Part shown: one piece after another, positions 27,317 through 39,161 of the stretch
Layout of the letters: each line of letters starts with the position of its first letter
Numbering within the stretch: position 1 is the stretch's first letter
Source: Octopus vulgaris
Taxonomy: Eukaryota
Assembly (NCBI GenBank): GCA_951406725.2
Contig: OX597821.1
Location: forward strand, 98,084,001 to 98,148,000
Reading direction: 5' to 3'
Length of the DNA: 64,000 nucleotides
Notes under the pieces: generated by a model
Database searches by the model: none
What the model was told of the DNA's origin: nothing
Seen by the model: only the letters and a program-made list of their open reading frames with translations
Made by a program: the position numbers and the translations under genes

Positions 27317-28213
27317 TAGGTGCATTCAAAAAGTATCTAACTTCATTTTTACCTGCCAAAATTAATGTTACATGGGCAAAATCCTTTGGGTGGAAGGTGA
27401 CGCCACCCTTCCAGTACATGCAAGAAAATTTTTGCATGAGCAGGCCTTGCCAGTTACTGGCTGTTGCACCTAGAATACAGACGTGTAGTCCATGCTAATA
27501 AGATTTTTATTTTCATAAAATGCATCAAACAGAGATATTGCATCAAGTTTTGCTAAAAGGTTGGTGATATTCAAGCTGAAACTATCCAGAAGATTCAGAA
27601 GACATTTGGCAATGATGCCATGTGCAAAACTCAGATCAAGGAGTGGCATGACCACTTCAAACATTGCTGCACTTCAGTGAAGAGCAAAGTACACTCAGGC
27701 AGGCAATTCACAAGCCAAAACAAGGAGCCAATTGAGAAGGTTCGGCAAACAGTCATGGGAGACTGTCATGCAACAATCCAGGAACTTAATCATGAAGTGG
27801 GAATAAACACAGTATCACTGCATTCCATTTTAATGTGGGGGACTGTTGGCAAAATTCCTCCCCAGGCTGATGGTGGAGCAGCAGAAGCAACTCCATATGG
27901 AAATTACTCAGGACATTCTGAACCGTGCAAACCATGCCCTAGACTTCATGAAGATCATCATCACTGGTGATGTGACATGGGTTTATGGTCTCTGTTCAAT
28001 GCATTTGGTCAACTTGCATGAAAACAAAAATCTGATGTGTGTGTACTATACGTCTGTACTCTAAGTGTAACAGCTGGAAACTGATGCGACCTACAGGTGC
28101 AAAAATTTCATGCATGTGCAGGAAGGGTGGCGCCACCTCTCACCCAAAGGAATTTGCTCACACAGTAAAAATTTTGGTGGGGAAAAATAAAGTTGGATAT
28201 TTTTTAAACACAT
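27317..28213 (+). mobile_element. Mariner-like deletion derivative with about 210-bp imperfect terminal inverted repeats
   Basis: 27317-27535 is the inverted counterpart of 27988-28213. The middle encodes the HTH region (AETIQKIQKTFGNDAMCKTQIKEWHDHFK...SGR) and KFLPR...ITGDVTWVYG. Confidence 0.88.
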
Positions 28214-28793
28214 TTTGTGCGTGTGTGTGCGCGAGTGAATATGTATGTACGTATGTATGTATAAACAATTTCACAAAAATTCAGCACTTTCTGACAGTAT
28301 CACTCCTGTTAATAGTTAATAGTGCTGAGCAACATTGAAGTTTCTTAAGAACATTCCAGTTCTTTTAACCCACACTGTAGAACTCTTGTGCCTCCCCTCC
28401 TATTATGCACACCAATCCAGATGTAACTATAACCACTCCAACCATATAGTTAGCTAGTTTGTTTTACTTCTAGGTGAGAATTTACTCTTTGCTTTCAGTT
28501 TTAGTTTTTCTTTCACATACCTCGGCTATGATGAAACTCCTCTGATTTCCTCTCCAATAAAAAAAAAAAAAATCTACCCTCTTTCTAAGTCCAATGGTAG
28601 CAAAGTAGGTAGGGCATAATGGCTTTGGCTACATATCGTGATATCCCATCTCTATTAGAAGCAATGTACATTGCCATTCACATGATTTCCAAAATCACTG
28701 CTGTATATTTTAAGGCCATTCATATACAATACTGCAATGCCCTCCCAAGGCAACATCACCTCAACACTCAAAACATTTTTATTTTCTCCCTTT

Positions 28794-28838
<45 letters not shown>

Positions 28839-28845
28839 ATGCAAG

Positions 28846-29029
28846 TACAGCACTATGGTTAAGAAATTTACTTCCCAACCACATGCTTTCAGATTCAGTC
28901 CAATTCCATGGCACCTTAGGAAAGTGTCTTTTATCATGGCCCCAGACCAACCAAAGCATTGTGAGTGGATTTGGTAGGTAGAAATAAAGAAACCCATCAT
29001 GTGTAAATGTGTGTCTTTTATCTTGACAT
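28846..29029 (+). mobile_element. SINE A/B head fragment
   Basis: Matches the head at 25409. Confidence 0.75.
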
Positions 29030-29916
29030 GTTTTTTTTCAATTGCATGAACTAAAAAATTGGGGGGTGGGGGGAATAAACTACCTGCATCAACTTGATAT
29101 AAAAGCAGGTGGTAATTTTACCTTGTCCTTATTCTTTGTGCAAGTTTTAAAGAGTGCCATTTCATTTTAACAGTTATTTTTCAAAACTATAATGGAAGTG
29201 ACAAAGGAGCATATTTGGCATATTTTGTTTTATGTGTTCAATAAAGGCAACAATGCAAAAGAAAGTGTGAGGAATATTAATGCAGTATATGGGGATTGGA
29301 CAATAAGCATAAGCTAGTGGCAACGATGGTTCCAGAAATTCCAAGCCGGAAACTACAGCCTAGAAGACGAGCCTCGTCCTAGAAGATCTGTAGAGCTTGA
29401 CAAGGGTGTCTTGCAAACTCTGGTAGAACAAAATCTCATCATAACTGCAGAGAAGCTTGGATTTGGTCATTCAACCATTCATTGACACCTGCACTAGAAG
29501 AAAAACGACCATCTTTGGTTTAAAGACAAAAGATGTTCTTCCATCAGGATAATGCTCAGCCACATACAACGAGGATGACATTCCAAAGGCCGGAGCAGTC
29601 TGAATGGGAAACAATGCCCCACCCACCATATTTGCTGGACATTGCCCCATCTGATTATCATTTATTCCACAGTCTCCAAAATCATTTGGACAGAAAAAAT
29701 ATGAATTCTGTAGATGAGGCTCATACAGTATTGGGGGAGTATTTTTTGTCATGGACAAGTGAATTTTGGAAGAGGAGTCTTGCAAATCTATCATATAGAT
29801 GGAACAGCATTGTTGAAAATGCAGGAGAGTATATTTTAGCTTAAAAAAGAAATTTGTTGATCTTAATATTGAAAAATAAAAGTATAAAAAACTGCATTAT
29901 TTATGGGATGACCCAA
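29030..29916 (+). mobile_element. Internally deleted mariner with right TIR present
   Basis: MEVTKEHIWHILFYVFNKG...RWFQKFQAGNYSLEDEPR, then FHQDNAQPH...HPPYLLDIAPSDYHLF. Right TIR gcattatttatgggatgacccaa|TA. Confidence 0.9.
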
Positions 29917-30014
29917 TACTATATCACAAGGCCTCTAGAGATCTTTGATGCTTAGCACCTTTGTTTCATTATTAAATAGCATGCTTGCATGTCAAATAAC
30001 ATTCTTATTACACA

Positions 30015-30413
30015 CTAGCAGTATCGCCCGGCGTTGCTCAGGTTTGTAAGGGAAATAACTACAAAGCATTTTTAGAGAGTTATAGCCAAAAAATAGCCCA
30101 AAAAAATGCATTAAAAATGGGGAAAAAATGATGGTAAATTTTTTTTTTAATCGTTGACTCATCGTAGACATTTTTAGAGAGTTACTTCCCTTATATAATA
30201 GCGAAAAAAATGCATTAAAATGGAAAAAATGATGGTAAATTATTTTTTAAATCGTAGACTCATTGTAGACGCGCGCTAATACCCAGAAGGGCTCGATATG
30301 AATCACGACTATAAGATACCCGCTTTTGGTTAAACTGCACCGCAAAATGTGGGAGTAGTTAGGAATCTAAATCGTAGGAGACAGACACACAACTTGACTT
30401 TTATATATAAAGA
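30015..30413 (-). mobile_element. Non-autonomous Helitron, second copy of 14187-14584
   Basis: Reverse complement has A|TC...hairpin...CTAG|T. Confidence 0.92.
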
Positions 30414-30589
30414 TTTGCTCTACAGAAGTAACAATACCATGAATCTTCCTCCAACTCTTTCTTACTCCAATACAAATTCATTTTTAAATAACACTCACTG
30501 TTTAATAAATGCACAAGTTACAATTCAAAAAAAGAAAGAAAATTTTTTAAAATCAGTATCAATATGAAAAACTTAAAGTAAATACTGAC

Positions 30590-30634
30590 TTGGCACCCAT
30601 CTGCCATCAGAATGTTGTAAACTATCAGATATAT
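30590..30634 (-). CDS. 45-nt microexon of the same gene: (D)ISDSLQHSDGRWVP(K)
   Basis: Strong acceptor ttctttttcttttcag and donor CCAA|gtcagt. Length is a multiple of 3, open in phase 1-1, and joins in frame to the kringle exon (A+AA=K). Confidence 0.7.
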
Positions 30635-30865
30635 CTGAAAAGAAAAAGAAATACAAATATTAATTTACAAAACATCAGAGAAAATGTATTTACATCTCTT
30701 AAATATAGAACTGTAAAATGTATTTAACACAATTAATTGTTAATTATAGAAATTCTTCAGTTTGTTTCAAAATAAAAAAAAAAGTCAGCACTAGTTAAGA
30801 AGTGAAAATAGAACTGGAGGGTTTGGTCATCTTTCGCCTTTATTTCACACACACACATAAGTATA

Positions 30866-31186
30866 CTAGCAGAGTTACCTGGCATTACCTGAGTGCCTGA
30901 TATGTGCAAAGCACATTTTGCATTGTTAAAGTTAAATGATTAAGTCCATGAATATTTTTAAAAAATGCAAGAATAAGCTATTCAATGGTTAAAAATTTAA
31001 AAATTTCTTTTCCTTTTTTATTTTTTTTTTTTTCTCTGATTAAAGAAAAAAATATTTTTATATTTATTTCAACATAATCATAATCTATACCTTTGAAAAT
31101 TCATCCATTTCTAAAAACATACCATTAAGAATGTTATTTAGAAAGTTAAGGGGAGGCACAAGGTCAGTAAGAGTGGGTGGCCAGAC

Positions 31187-31220
<34 letters not shown>

Positions 31221-31370
31221 GGGGGAGACAGATGAAGTATTTAGAGTTAATCTCTAAAAGAAAAAATTACTTTTGTTATATTTTGGAATAGGGTTGTTTT
31301 TTCTTTGCTTTTTTCATTTTTTTGCCAAACAAGCACAGGCACGATAAGCATCCTTCACTTTAGCTTTATC
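30866..31370 (-). mobile_element. Older Helitron-like element (3' end clear, 5' end uncertain)
   Basis: Minus strand actcaggtaatgccaggtaactctgCTAG|T resembles the Helitron 3' end at 14556-14584. Confidence 0.5.
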
Positions 31371-31659
31371 GTTCTTCTTATTTCAGTGTCCTTGGACCAA
31401 GACTTCCTGATGAGAAGATACATCAAGTCAAGTAAAACTGTGGCCATCTATACATACAGACATCTCACTGTCATTTGAGAAGTTCTTGTCTTGCAGGTTT
31501 GCAAGTGCCACATGAAAAGCATCCACGTTTGTATCACATAAAAAGCATTCATGCTGGTGCTACATAAAAAGCATTCATGTCAGTATCACATAAAGAAAAA
31601 CACCCATGCCAGTGTCATGTGGAAAGCACCTATGTACATATGTCTCTGTGGTGTATAAA

Positions 31660-31830
31660 GGTGCAGGCATAGCTATAGTTAAGAAGTTTTCTTCCCCACC
31701 CACATGGTTTCAGGTTCAGTTCCACTGCATGCTGCTTGGGCAAGTGTCTTCTACTATAGCCCTTGGCTGACCAAGGCCTTGTGATTTAGTATTTGGAAGA
31801 TAGAAACTGAATGAAGCCCATTATGTGTGT
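31660..31830 (+). mobile_element. SINE A/B head abutting an RTE LINE
   Basis: Head sequence runs to gaagcccattatgtgtgt and is followed immediately by RT-coding sequence. Confidence 0.8.
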
Positions 31831-31831
31831 A

Positions 31832-33325
31832 AGGATCCACCAAGGATCAGTCCTCAGCCCCTATTATTCATCATAGTCCTCCAGGCAATATCAAAGGAAT
31901 TCAAGACAGGATGCCCAAGGAGCTCCTCTATGCTGATGACCTTGCTCTAATAGCTGAGTCACTACCAGATCTAGAGAAGTTCCAGGTGTGGAATCAAGGT
32001 CTAGCTAGAATCAAAGGGCTCTAGAGTCAATCTACCAAAAAGCAAAGTCTTAGTAAGTAGGAAGACAGACAAATCACAAATCCCTTCAGGTAGATGGTCC
32101 TGCTCAATCCATAGAAAAGGCGTAAGTAGAAACTCCCATAAGATGTACCCATGTAAGCTATGGACACATAAGAGGTGCGGCAATGTCAAAGGAAGGTTAA
32201 CTGGGAAGATAGTTTTTGTGAATGACAAATGCACAGGAATAATAAACACTGAAAATGTGCACAAAACAGCTTCCATCACATGCCAGAGGCAAAAACTAGT
32301 AGTTGATAGCTTTCATTATCTAGGTGACCAAGTCAGTGGCATGGGTGGATGCTCTGAGAGCGTAGCTGCTAGAATAAGAATAGCCTGGGCAAAGTTCAGT
32401 GAGTTCCTACCTCTGCTGTTAACAAAGGGCCTCTCTCTCAGAGTGAGAGGTAGATTGTATGACACATGAGTGTGAAAAGCCATGCTACATGGCAGTGAAA
32501 CATGGGCTGTGACTGTTGAGGACATGCACAGACTTGAAAGAAATGTAGTATGCTCCACTGGATGTGTAATGTCAGTGTACATACACAACAGTGTAAGCAC
32601 CCTGAGAGAAACTGGATATAAGAAGCATCAGATATGGTATGCAAGAGAGACAACTGCGTTGGTATGGTCATGTGTTACGAATGGATGAGGACATCTGTGT
32701 GAAGAAGTGTCACACCCTAACAGTGGAGGGAAGCTGTGGAAGATATAGACCCAAAAAGACCTGGGATGAGGTGGTGAAGCACAACCTTCAAACGTTGGGC
32801 CTCTCAGAGGCAATGACAAACGACTGAAACCTTTGGGGATATGATGTGCTTGAGAAGACCCAGCAAGCCAAGTGAGATCATAGCTGTGGCCTATGCCAAT
32901 GTTGCATAACCAGCCCATTTAAGAGCACCCTTCAATCATCGGGCAATATGCTGTACTTGAGCAGACCTGTTGAGTCAAGTGAAATTGTTGTCAATACCAG
33001 TACCAGCTGACTTGCACCCATGCCAGTGACACGTAAAAAGCACCATTTGAGCATGGTCAATGCCAGTGCCACCGGACTGGCTCCTGAACCGGTGGCACAT
33101 AATAAGCACCATTCGAACATGGTTGATGCCAGTGCTGCCAGACTGGCCCCCATGCCAGTAGTACGTAAAAAGCACCCACTACACTCTTGGAGTGGTTGGC
33201 ATTAGGAAGAGCATCGAGCTGTAGAAACCTTGCCAGATCAGACTGGAGCCTGATGCTGCCAGTCCTCAATCAAACTGTCCAACCCATACCAGCATGGAAA
33301 GCAGACTTTAAATAATGATGATGAT
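31832..33325 (+). mobile_element. 5'-truncated RTE-clade LINE (degenerate RT C-terminus, 3' UTR with tandem units, (GAT)n tail)
   Basis: IHQGSVLSP, ELLYADDLALIAES, FHYLGDQVSGMGGCSESVAARIRIAWAKF, LHGSETW and LRWYGHVLRM, with stops and frameshifts. Confidence 0.93.
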
Positions 33326-33328
33326 ATA

Positions 33329-35560
33329 TCTATATGTCATGTCATCCCATAAGTTCTGTCCAATTTTACCTTTTTTAAAACTGAATGAAATTTAATAGTA
33401 TTTTAGAATGTCTAATGGAATTAAAAACTATTTTTATGCCTTTGTGTACATTTAAACTAATTAAATATTATTTTACAGAATAATAGAATTAAAATTTCTT
33501 TAATTAAAACCCTTTCTAATATGGAAGTATCCAAAGAGTACTTGAGGCACATAATGCTTAAGAGTACAAAAAAGGAAACTCTGCAGCCGAAGTGACTCAA
33601 AACAAACTCAGTTTATGGGAAAGAATGCTTGAATGAAAGAACTTGCAGAAGATGGTTTTCAAAATTCGGAAGTGGAGATTTCAGCCTTGAAGATGAAGAT
33701 CAAACAGGATGTCCAGTTGAGTTTGATGATAAACTCCTTGAGGCATTACTTGGAGAAAATTCCTGCATTATCAGTTGAAGAATTGGCAATAAAGCTTAGT
33801 TCATCATCATCTTCAACAACTTGGAAAGGTTCGTAAACTTGGAAAATGGGTGTCTCATGCATTGTCCAAAAGCAACCGCAAATCCCGAGTTGACATCTGC
33901 TCTTCTCTCCATTCTCGCGAACTCATTTCACCCATTTTGAATAGACTTGTGACTGGTGACGAGAAATGGATTTTCTATCGAAATGTTAAATGTCATAAAC
34001 AGTGGCTTGTTAAAAAGGAAAAAGCTCAACCACAACCGAGAAGGGAACTTCATGGAAAAAAGGTTCTTCTCTCTATCTGGTGGGATTGCAAAGGAGTAAT
34101 TCACTTTGAATTGTCACCACCTAATGCAACAATTAATGCTCAAGTCTACTGTCAGCAATTAGAGCGTTTGAACCAAGCTTTGAAGAAAAAAGACTCACTT
34201 TAGTGAATCGAAAAGGAGCAATGTTTTATTAGGACAATGCGTGAACCCACACTGCAAAGATCACATCACAGAAGATTGAAGAGCTTGGTTGGGAAAAAAT
34301 TCCTTATCCACCTTTTTCTCCCGACCTTGCTCCTTCAGACTACCATTTGTTTCATAATAGAATCATTTGGGGGACATAACTTTCGCAAGCCAGGAGGAGG
34401 TTGAAACTGACATTTCAGAGTTCTTCGCTTTGAAACCGAAAGAGTTTTACATTGATGGGATTAAAAAGCTTGTAAACAGATGGAAGGAAGTCATAGATAA
34501 TCAGGGAAAGTACATTGATGATTAAATTTCAATTAAATATAACATTTGATCACTGGTTTTCTTTATTTAAAATTTGGACAGAAGTTATGGGATGACCTGA
34601 TATATTTATAAGAGAGAGATTCTGTCCATTTGCGTGTGATTGTCCCATAAAGTGCAAGTAAATGGTTCAAGGGAGGCAACACTAATTGTGCACAAACCTA
34701 TGTGTTGAGGCAAATATTCTCACTGGTTGTGGTAAACGTGACACCGTCTTCGTTCCTCACATACCAGTTATACCATCTAATGTCCCATTCAAATTTAAGC
34801 CCTTACAGTTTCTTTTGCCATGAGCATTAATAAAAGTCAGAGCCAAACACTAAAAGTTGCTGGAATGCAACTGGAAGAACAAATAGAAGTTCATATATGA
34901 AATCCATCTTTTTTCTACTTCAATTATGACATGTTTTACTCTTATCTAATACACACATATAGGACGAGTAAACCTAAATCTGACTGACAGAACACAGCAT
35001 TTGTAATTTCATTGGACTGTTACTTACTGTTGCCTTACCTACCATTCCTGTAATAAATCATTGGAGTTTCAGCATTAACACTTACAGGACAAAGCATTTG
35101 TAATTTCCTTTCACTATTACTTACTGATATTCCTAATAAAAAAAATGTCTTCTAAAAAAAGACCGTCAAAAACTGAACATTGAACAAACGCATGATGTGT
35201 AATGCTTTTTCTATATCTCCTATTATTGCCTAATTTGTCTCAACAAAAATTATAGAATGGTACAACACTAATTGTGCAGTGGCACAGCATTTGTAATTTC
35301 CTTTCACTATTACTTACTGATATTCCTAATCAAAAAAATGTCTCCTAAAAAAAAGATCATCAAAATGCAAACACCAAACAAATGCACAACATGCAATGCT
35401 TTTTCTATATGTACAGTGATGCCCCACTTGACTGGCAACCTTTTCAGCACCATTGCAGTCAACTGGATTCCGTAAAGCTATTCTTCTACATGATATACCT
35501 ATTTTTCTAGCTTCTCGGCCCGAAAAACAGTAAAGGTAATTACCTAATCAATGACTGCTA

Positions 35561-35561
<1 letters not shown>
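33329..35561 (+). mobile_element. Probable non-autonomous Helitron with the mariner nested in its 5' TA run
   Basis: Removing the mariner gives A|TCTATAT..TATTTATAAGAGAGAGATTCTGTC. There are internal direct repeats (35092-35216 and 35283-35410), and the palindrome aggtaattacct precedes CTAG|T. Confidence 0.55.
33337..34600 (+). mobile_element. Full-length (1264 bp) inactivated mariner; transposase pseudogene about 33521-34525
   Basis: TIRs tcatgtcatcccataagttctgtccaattt / aaatttggacagaagttatgggatgacctga|TA. Motifs WVSH, VTGDEKW, LSIWWD, DNA and FSPDLAPSDY, with frameshifts. Confidence 0.95.
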
Positions 35562-35564
<3 letters not shown>

Positions 35565-35613
<49 letters not shown>

Positions 35614-35740
35614 CGAACGGGAACGTGAAACTCAGAGTAACAGGTTTTGTTGAACTTCTGCTTTGAAATAAAGCATATTACTCTACCCCTGGTATTTAGT
35701 ACTCTTTTTCCACCTTGTTTCACATTTATGTGTTTACTCC

Positions 35741-35785
<45 letters not shown>
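35565..35785 (+). mobile_element. Penelope-like terminal fragment (35611-35742) embedded between (TA)n tracts
   Basis: Truncated hammerhead-like motif cgacga-acg-ggaa-cgt-gaa-actc-a-gagt-a. Homologous to about 2534-2656. Confidence 0.6.
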
Positions 35786-35790
<5 letters not shown>

Positions 35791-37296
35791 TAAATTAGAG
35801 ACAAAACCACTATTATGCAAATCAATTTAATATAATATAATTATAATTAAATCTAATTTAATATAATATAATATTTTACTATAAAATTGGATTCAATCCT
35901 AAATCTGATTTTTCCCTGTAAGTTTGGATTTATTCCCTAATATTTATTATATATATATATATATATAGTGTAATAAATAAAATATATGCATACATACAAA
36001 CATATATGTACATACCGACATCTACATGCATATATAAATATATATACGTACAGGACATCTACATGTATATATACATGCATATATAAATATATATACGTAC
36101 AGGACATCACAGGAAGACGAAAAAATCAACAGAACAAAAACGGAAAAGACATTTTGTTACAACATATATATATATATATACACACACACATATATTGGTA
36201 TAATCACATACTCATTTACTGTTACACTCACAGTTGTTTGTCTATACTAACATGGATAGGATGGCCATTACAAATTCATATTGAAAACTGGAAACCAGGT
36301 TTAAATGATATGCTGTGGTGCACACTGTATATATCTTCACATACACATATATACACTGCTCTAGTTAGACAAATTAACATAATTTTGGGCTAGCTGTCTG
36401 ATAAATTAACAATAGTGTACTGTCACTGACAGTGTTGCCTCTATGGTTAAGAGGCTAGATTTTTAAATGGTCATGCCTAACTAGTTGTAACGTGGTATTT
36501 TAGAACAGCACAATTTATAGCTGTAAATAGTAGTGGTACTGTAAGAATAAACCAAGTAGTTTTATTATCTTGCAGTACTGAGAATCGACTATAGTACACA
36601 CTAATATTTGTTAATATTTGATGAGCTAGTAAAGAAGTCTTGGTAGAAATAGAAGCCAAATCTTCCTCCAAATTACATCCTACCATCTAAAAATGGAAGG
36701 ACACATTGTAGATCTGAAAAAAATGACAGAATGTATGTTCACATCTGAAACCTCTTTCATCATAGCTCTGCCAAGCTGGGGTTAAGCAACAACAACTGAT
36801 ATGCAACCATATTTCATCAACACATATATGAAAGATAAAGTCAATCCATACACAACCGAAATATCATAGATCAACTACTCTCAAATGAGGTTTTGCTACT
36901 ACTGCTTTATAAAGAGAAGATACAGCTTGCCCTAATCAAACTGAGTCGATGTCACCAAGCAGGAGGTGTAGGTAAAAAGGCTAGTGGGTAAAGAAAAGAT
37001 ATCTTCCACGTCCAGAGCTAATATTAATTTCACACACTAGAAATCTTTCTCAGAAAGTAGTGTAGCCCACTGTATCAACACTAGTGCATATTTGATATTT
37101 ATTTTACAGATACCAGAGGAATGAAAAACAAAATCTGATTGCTGTGAAATCTTAAAACAAAGACTGACAAGATTAAATAAATACTCTAAAGCATTACTAT
37201 TGCCAATTGCTGTTTTCTGCCACCCTGTCACTAAACTTAGCAATAAAAAATTCTTACATTAGTAGACAAGATATATTCCATTGAACTGAAACCCTA

Positions 37297-37709
37297 GGCG
37301 CAGGAGTGGCTGTGTGGTAAGTAGCTTGTTTACCAGCCACATGGTCCCGGGTTCAGTCCCACTGTGTGGCACCTTGGGCAAGTGTTTTCTACTATAGCCT
37401 CGGGCCGACCAAAGCCTTGTGAGTGGATTTGGTAGACGGAAACTGAAAGAAGCCCATCGTATATATGTATATATATATATATATATGCGTGTGTGTGTTT
37501 GTGTGTCTGTGTTTGTCCCCCTAGCATTGCTTGACAACCGATGCTGGTGTGTTTATGTCTCCGTTACTTAGCGGTTCGGCAAAAGAGACCGATAGAATAA
37601 GTACTGGGCTTACAAGAGAATAAGTCCCGGGGTCGAGTTGCTCGATTAAAGGCAGTGCTCCAGCATGGCCGCAGTCAGATGACTGAAACAAGTAAAAGAG
37701 TAAAAGAGT
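37297..37709 (+). mobile_element. SINE type A, full length
   Basis: Matches 3098-3543. Confidence 0.93.
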
Positions 37710-37992
37710 CCCTTTACTACTATATGACTGGTGCTCATTTTACTGATAATCCTGGAGTGATGAAAATCAAAGTCTACGCATGTAGAATTTTAATTTAATC
37801 ATATAAAGCACACAACTAAATAAGTCATTCAGTTCAGTACTCAAATCATTTCAGCCAATTATGATGACACACTTAGAAAATACTGCAACAAAAGCAATTA
37901 GCTATCTTTGAGAGACTGTTTTTGGATACTGGTAAATGTAACAAAGATTGAGAGAGAGAGAGAAAATAGGTGGGGGAGGGTAAAATACTTAC

Positions 37993-38025
37993 CATGGTTC
38001 CAATAGTGGTAAGCGAGTATTCTTT
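37993..38025 (-). CDS. 33-nt microexon of the same gene: xRILAYHYWNH(D)
   Basis: Strong acceptor ttttctttcttttacag and consensus donor CATG|gtaagt. Open in phase 1-1 and joins in frame to the 45-nt exon (G+AT=D). Confidence 0.72.
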
Positions 38026-38330
38026 CTGTAAAAGAAAGAAAAATTGTAAAAATTTACTGTTAGTGGATAAATGTGTGTGAGGTGGGTAAAAAAATAATTT
38101 AATTCATATATAAAAAGTAAAAACCTTTATCTAAGAAAGATGTCATTCCAGTCCTATAAATATTCCCTCAAGAAAGATAATAGCAATGAAGTATTCCAGT
38201 GGCGGTGGTGGTGGTGGGTATAGATAATAATCTAAGGAAGATGATGACAACAGTGGCAACGAGAATGATAAGAGTGAAATCCTTTATCTGAATCAGTATA
38301 AATATAATAATCTTATAGAGCACCAATATC

Positions 38331-38332
<2 letters not shown>

Positions 38333-38410
<78 letters not shown>
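38333..38410. repeat. (CT)n(CA)n microsatellite
   Basis: Direct reading. Confidence 0.95.
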
Positions 38411-38412
<2 letters not shown>

Positions 38413-38652
38413 CATCAAACTTAAATATGCAAAAAAATATTCAGAAAGCTAAGTAGATCCATCACATTTACAGATTTAGGGTTTCAAACGACAGAGCGCT
38501 CTGGCTCCTTAGAATGGCAGAGGTATAGGGAAAGCATTTGTATCGTTAATGTTCTCAATATAAGTTACTGCAAGGTCGGCATGGAGGGAAGGTATCACAA
38601 TCAATGGTTTTAAGTAAAAGTTATAGGAGAGCTAAATGATCAGCAAGTTTAA

Positions 38653-38873
38653 CCCTTTAGTGTTCACATTATTCTGCCAAAATTAATCCTTTTTTATCCA
38701 CATTGCTTTGAACTTAATCAGGCATTATCTTGGAGCTATAAGATTTTCATGAGGTAGCTGTTAATTTTTAAAACGATATTGTAGGGCTGGTGTGAGAGAC
38801 CAGATCTGGCCAGTTTGAACATAAAACAGGTAGAATACTTTTGGACGGATATGGCCGGTTTAAACGCTAAAGG
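38653..38873. mobile_element. piggyBac-type MITE, inverted relative of 9748-9966
   Basis: TTAA|CCCTTTAGTGTTC...ATGGCCGGTTTAAACGCTAAAGG. Confidence 0.85.
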
Positions 38874-39161
38874 AGCAGAGACTATTTTAGTCGCAGTGGT
38901 GATGGCACGATGAACCAGTGATTGCTGTACTTGTGCTTAAGCCCAGGTTAACCCTGATTAAGATGATCTATGATCAAAAACATTCCAACCAAAGCAGTGA
39001 ACTACACTGTCTACTGTGTTCCTTCCTTAGGAAAGTAGAAAATAATTTGGGAGAGATTTGGCTGCACTTTTTAATAAGACAAACGACTACACAGAGTACC
39101 CCTTGGTGGCTCAGAGGCAAGTGGAGAGATATTTTGTGCACGACTACCATAATTATACATA

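Noticed and set aside
33000-33190. CRISPR-like repeat-spacer pattern
   Set aside because: Eukaryotic context, degenerate repeats, mutually related spacers and no cas genes. It is the RTE 3' UTR array.
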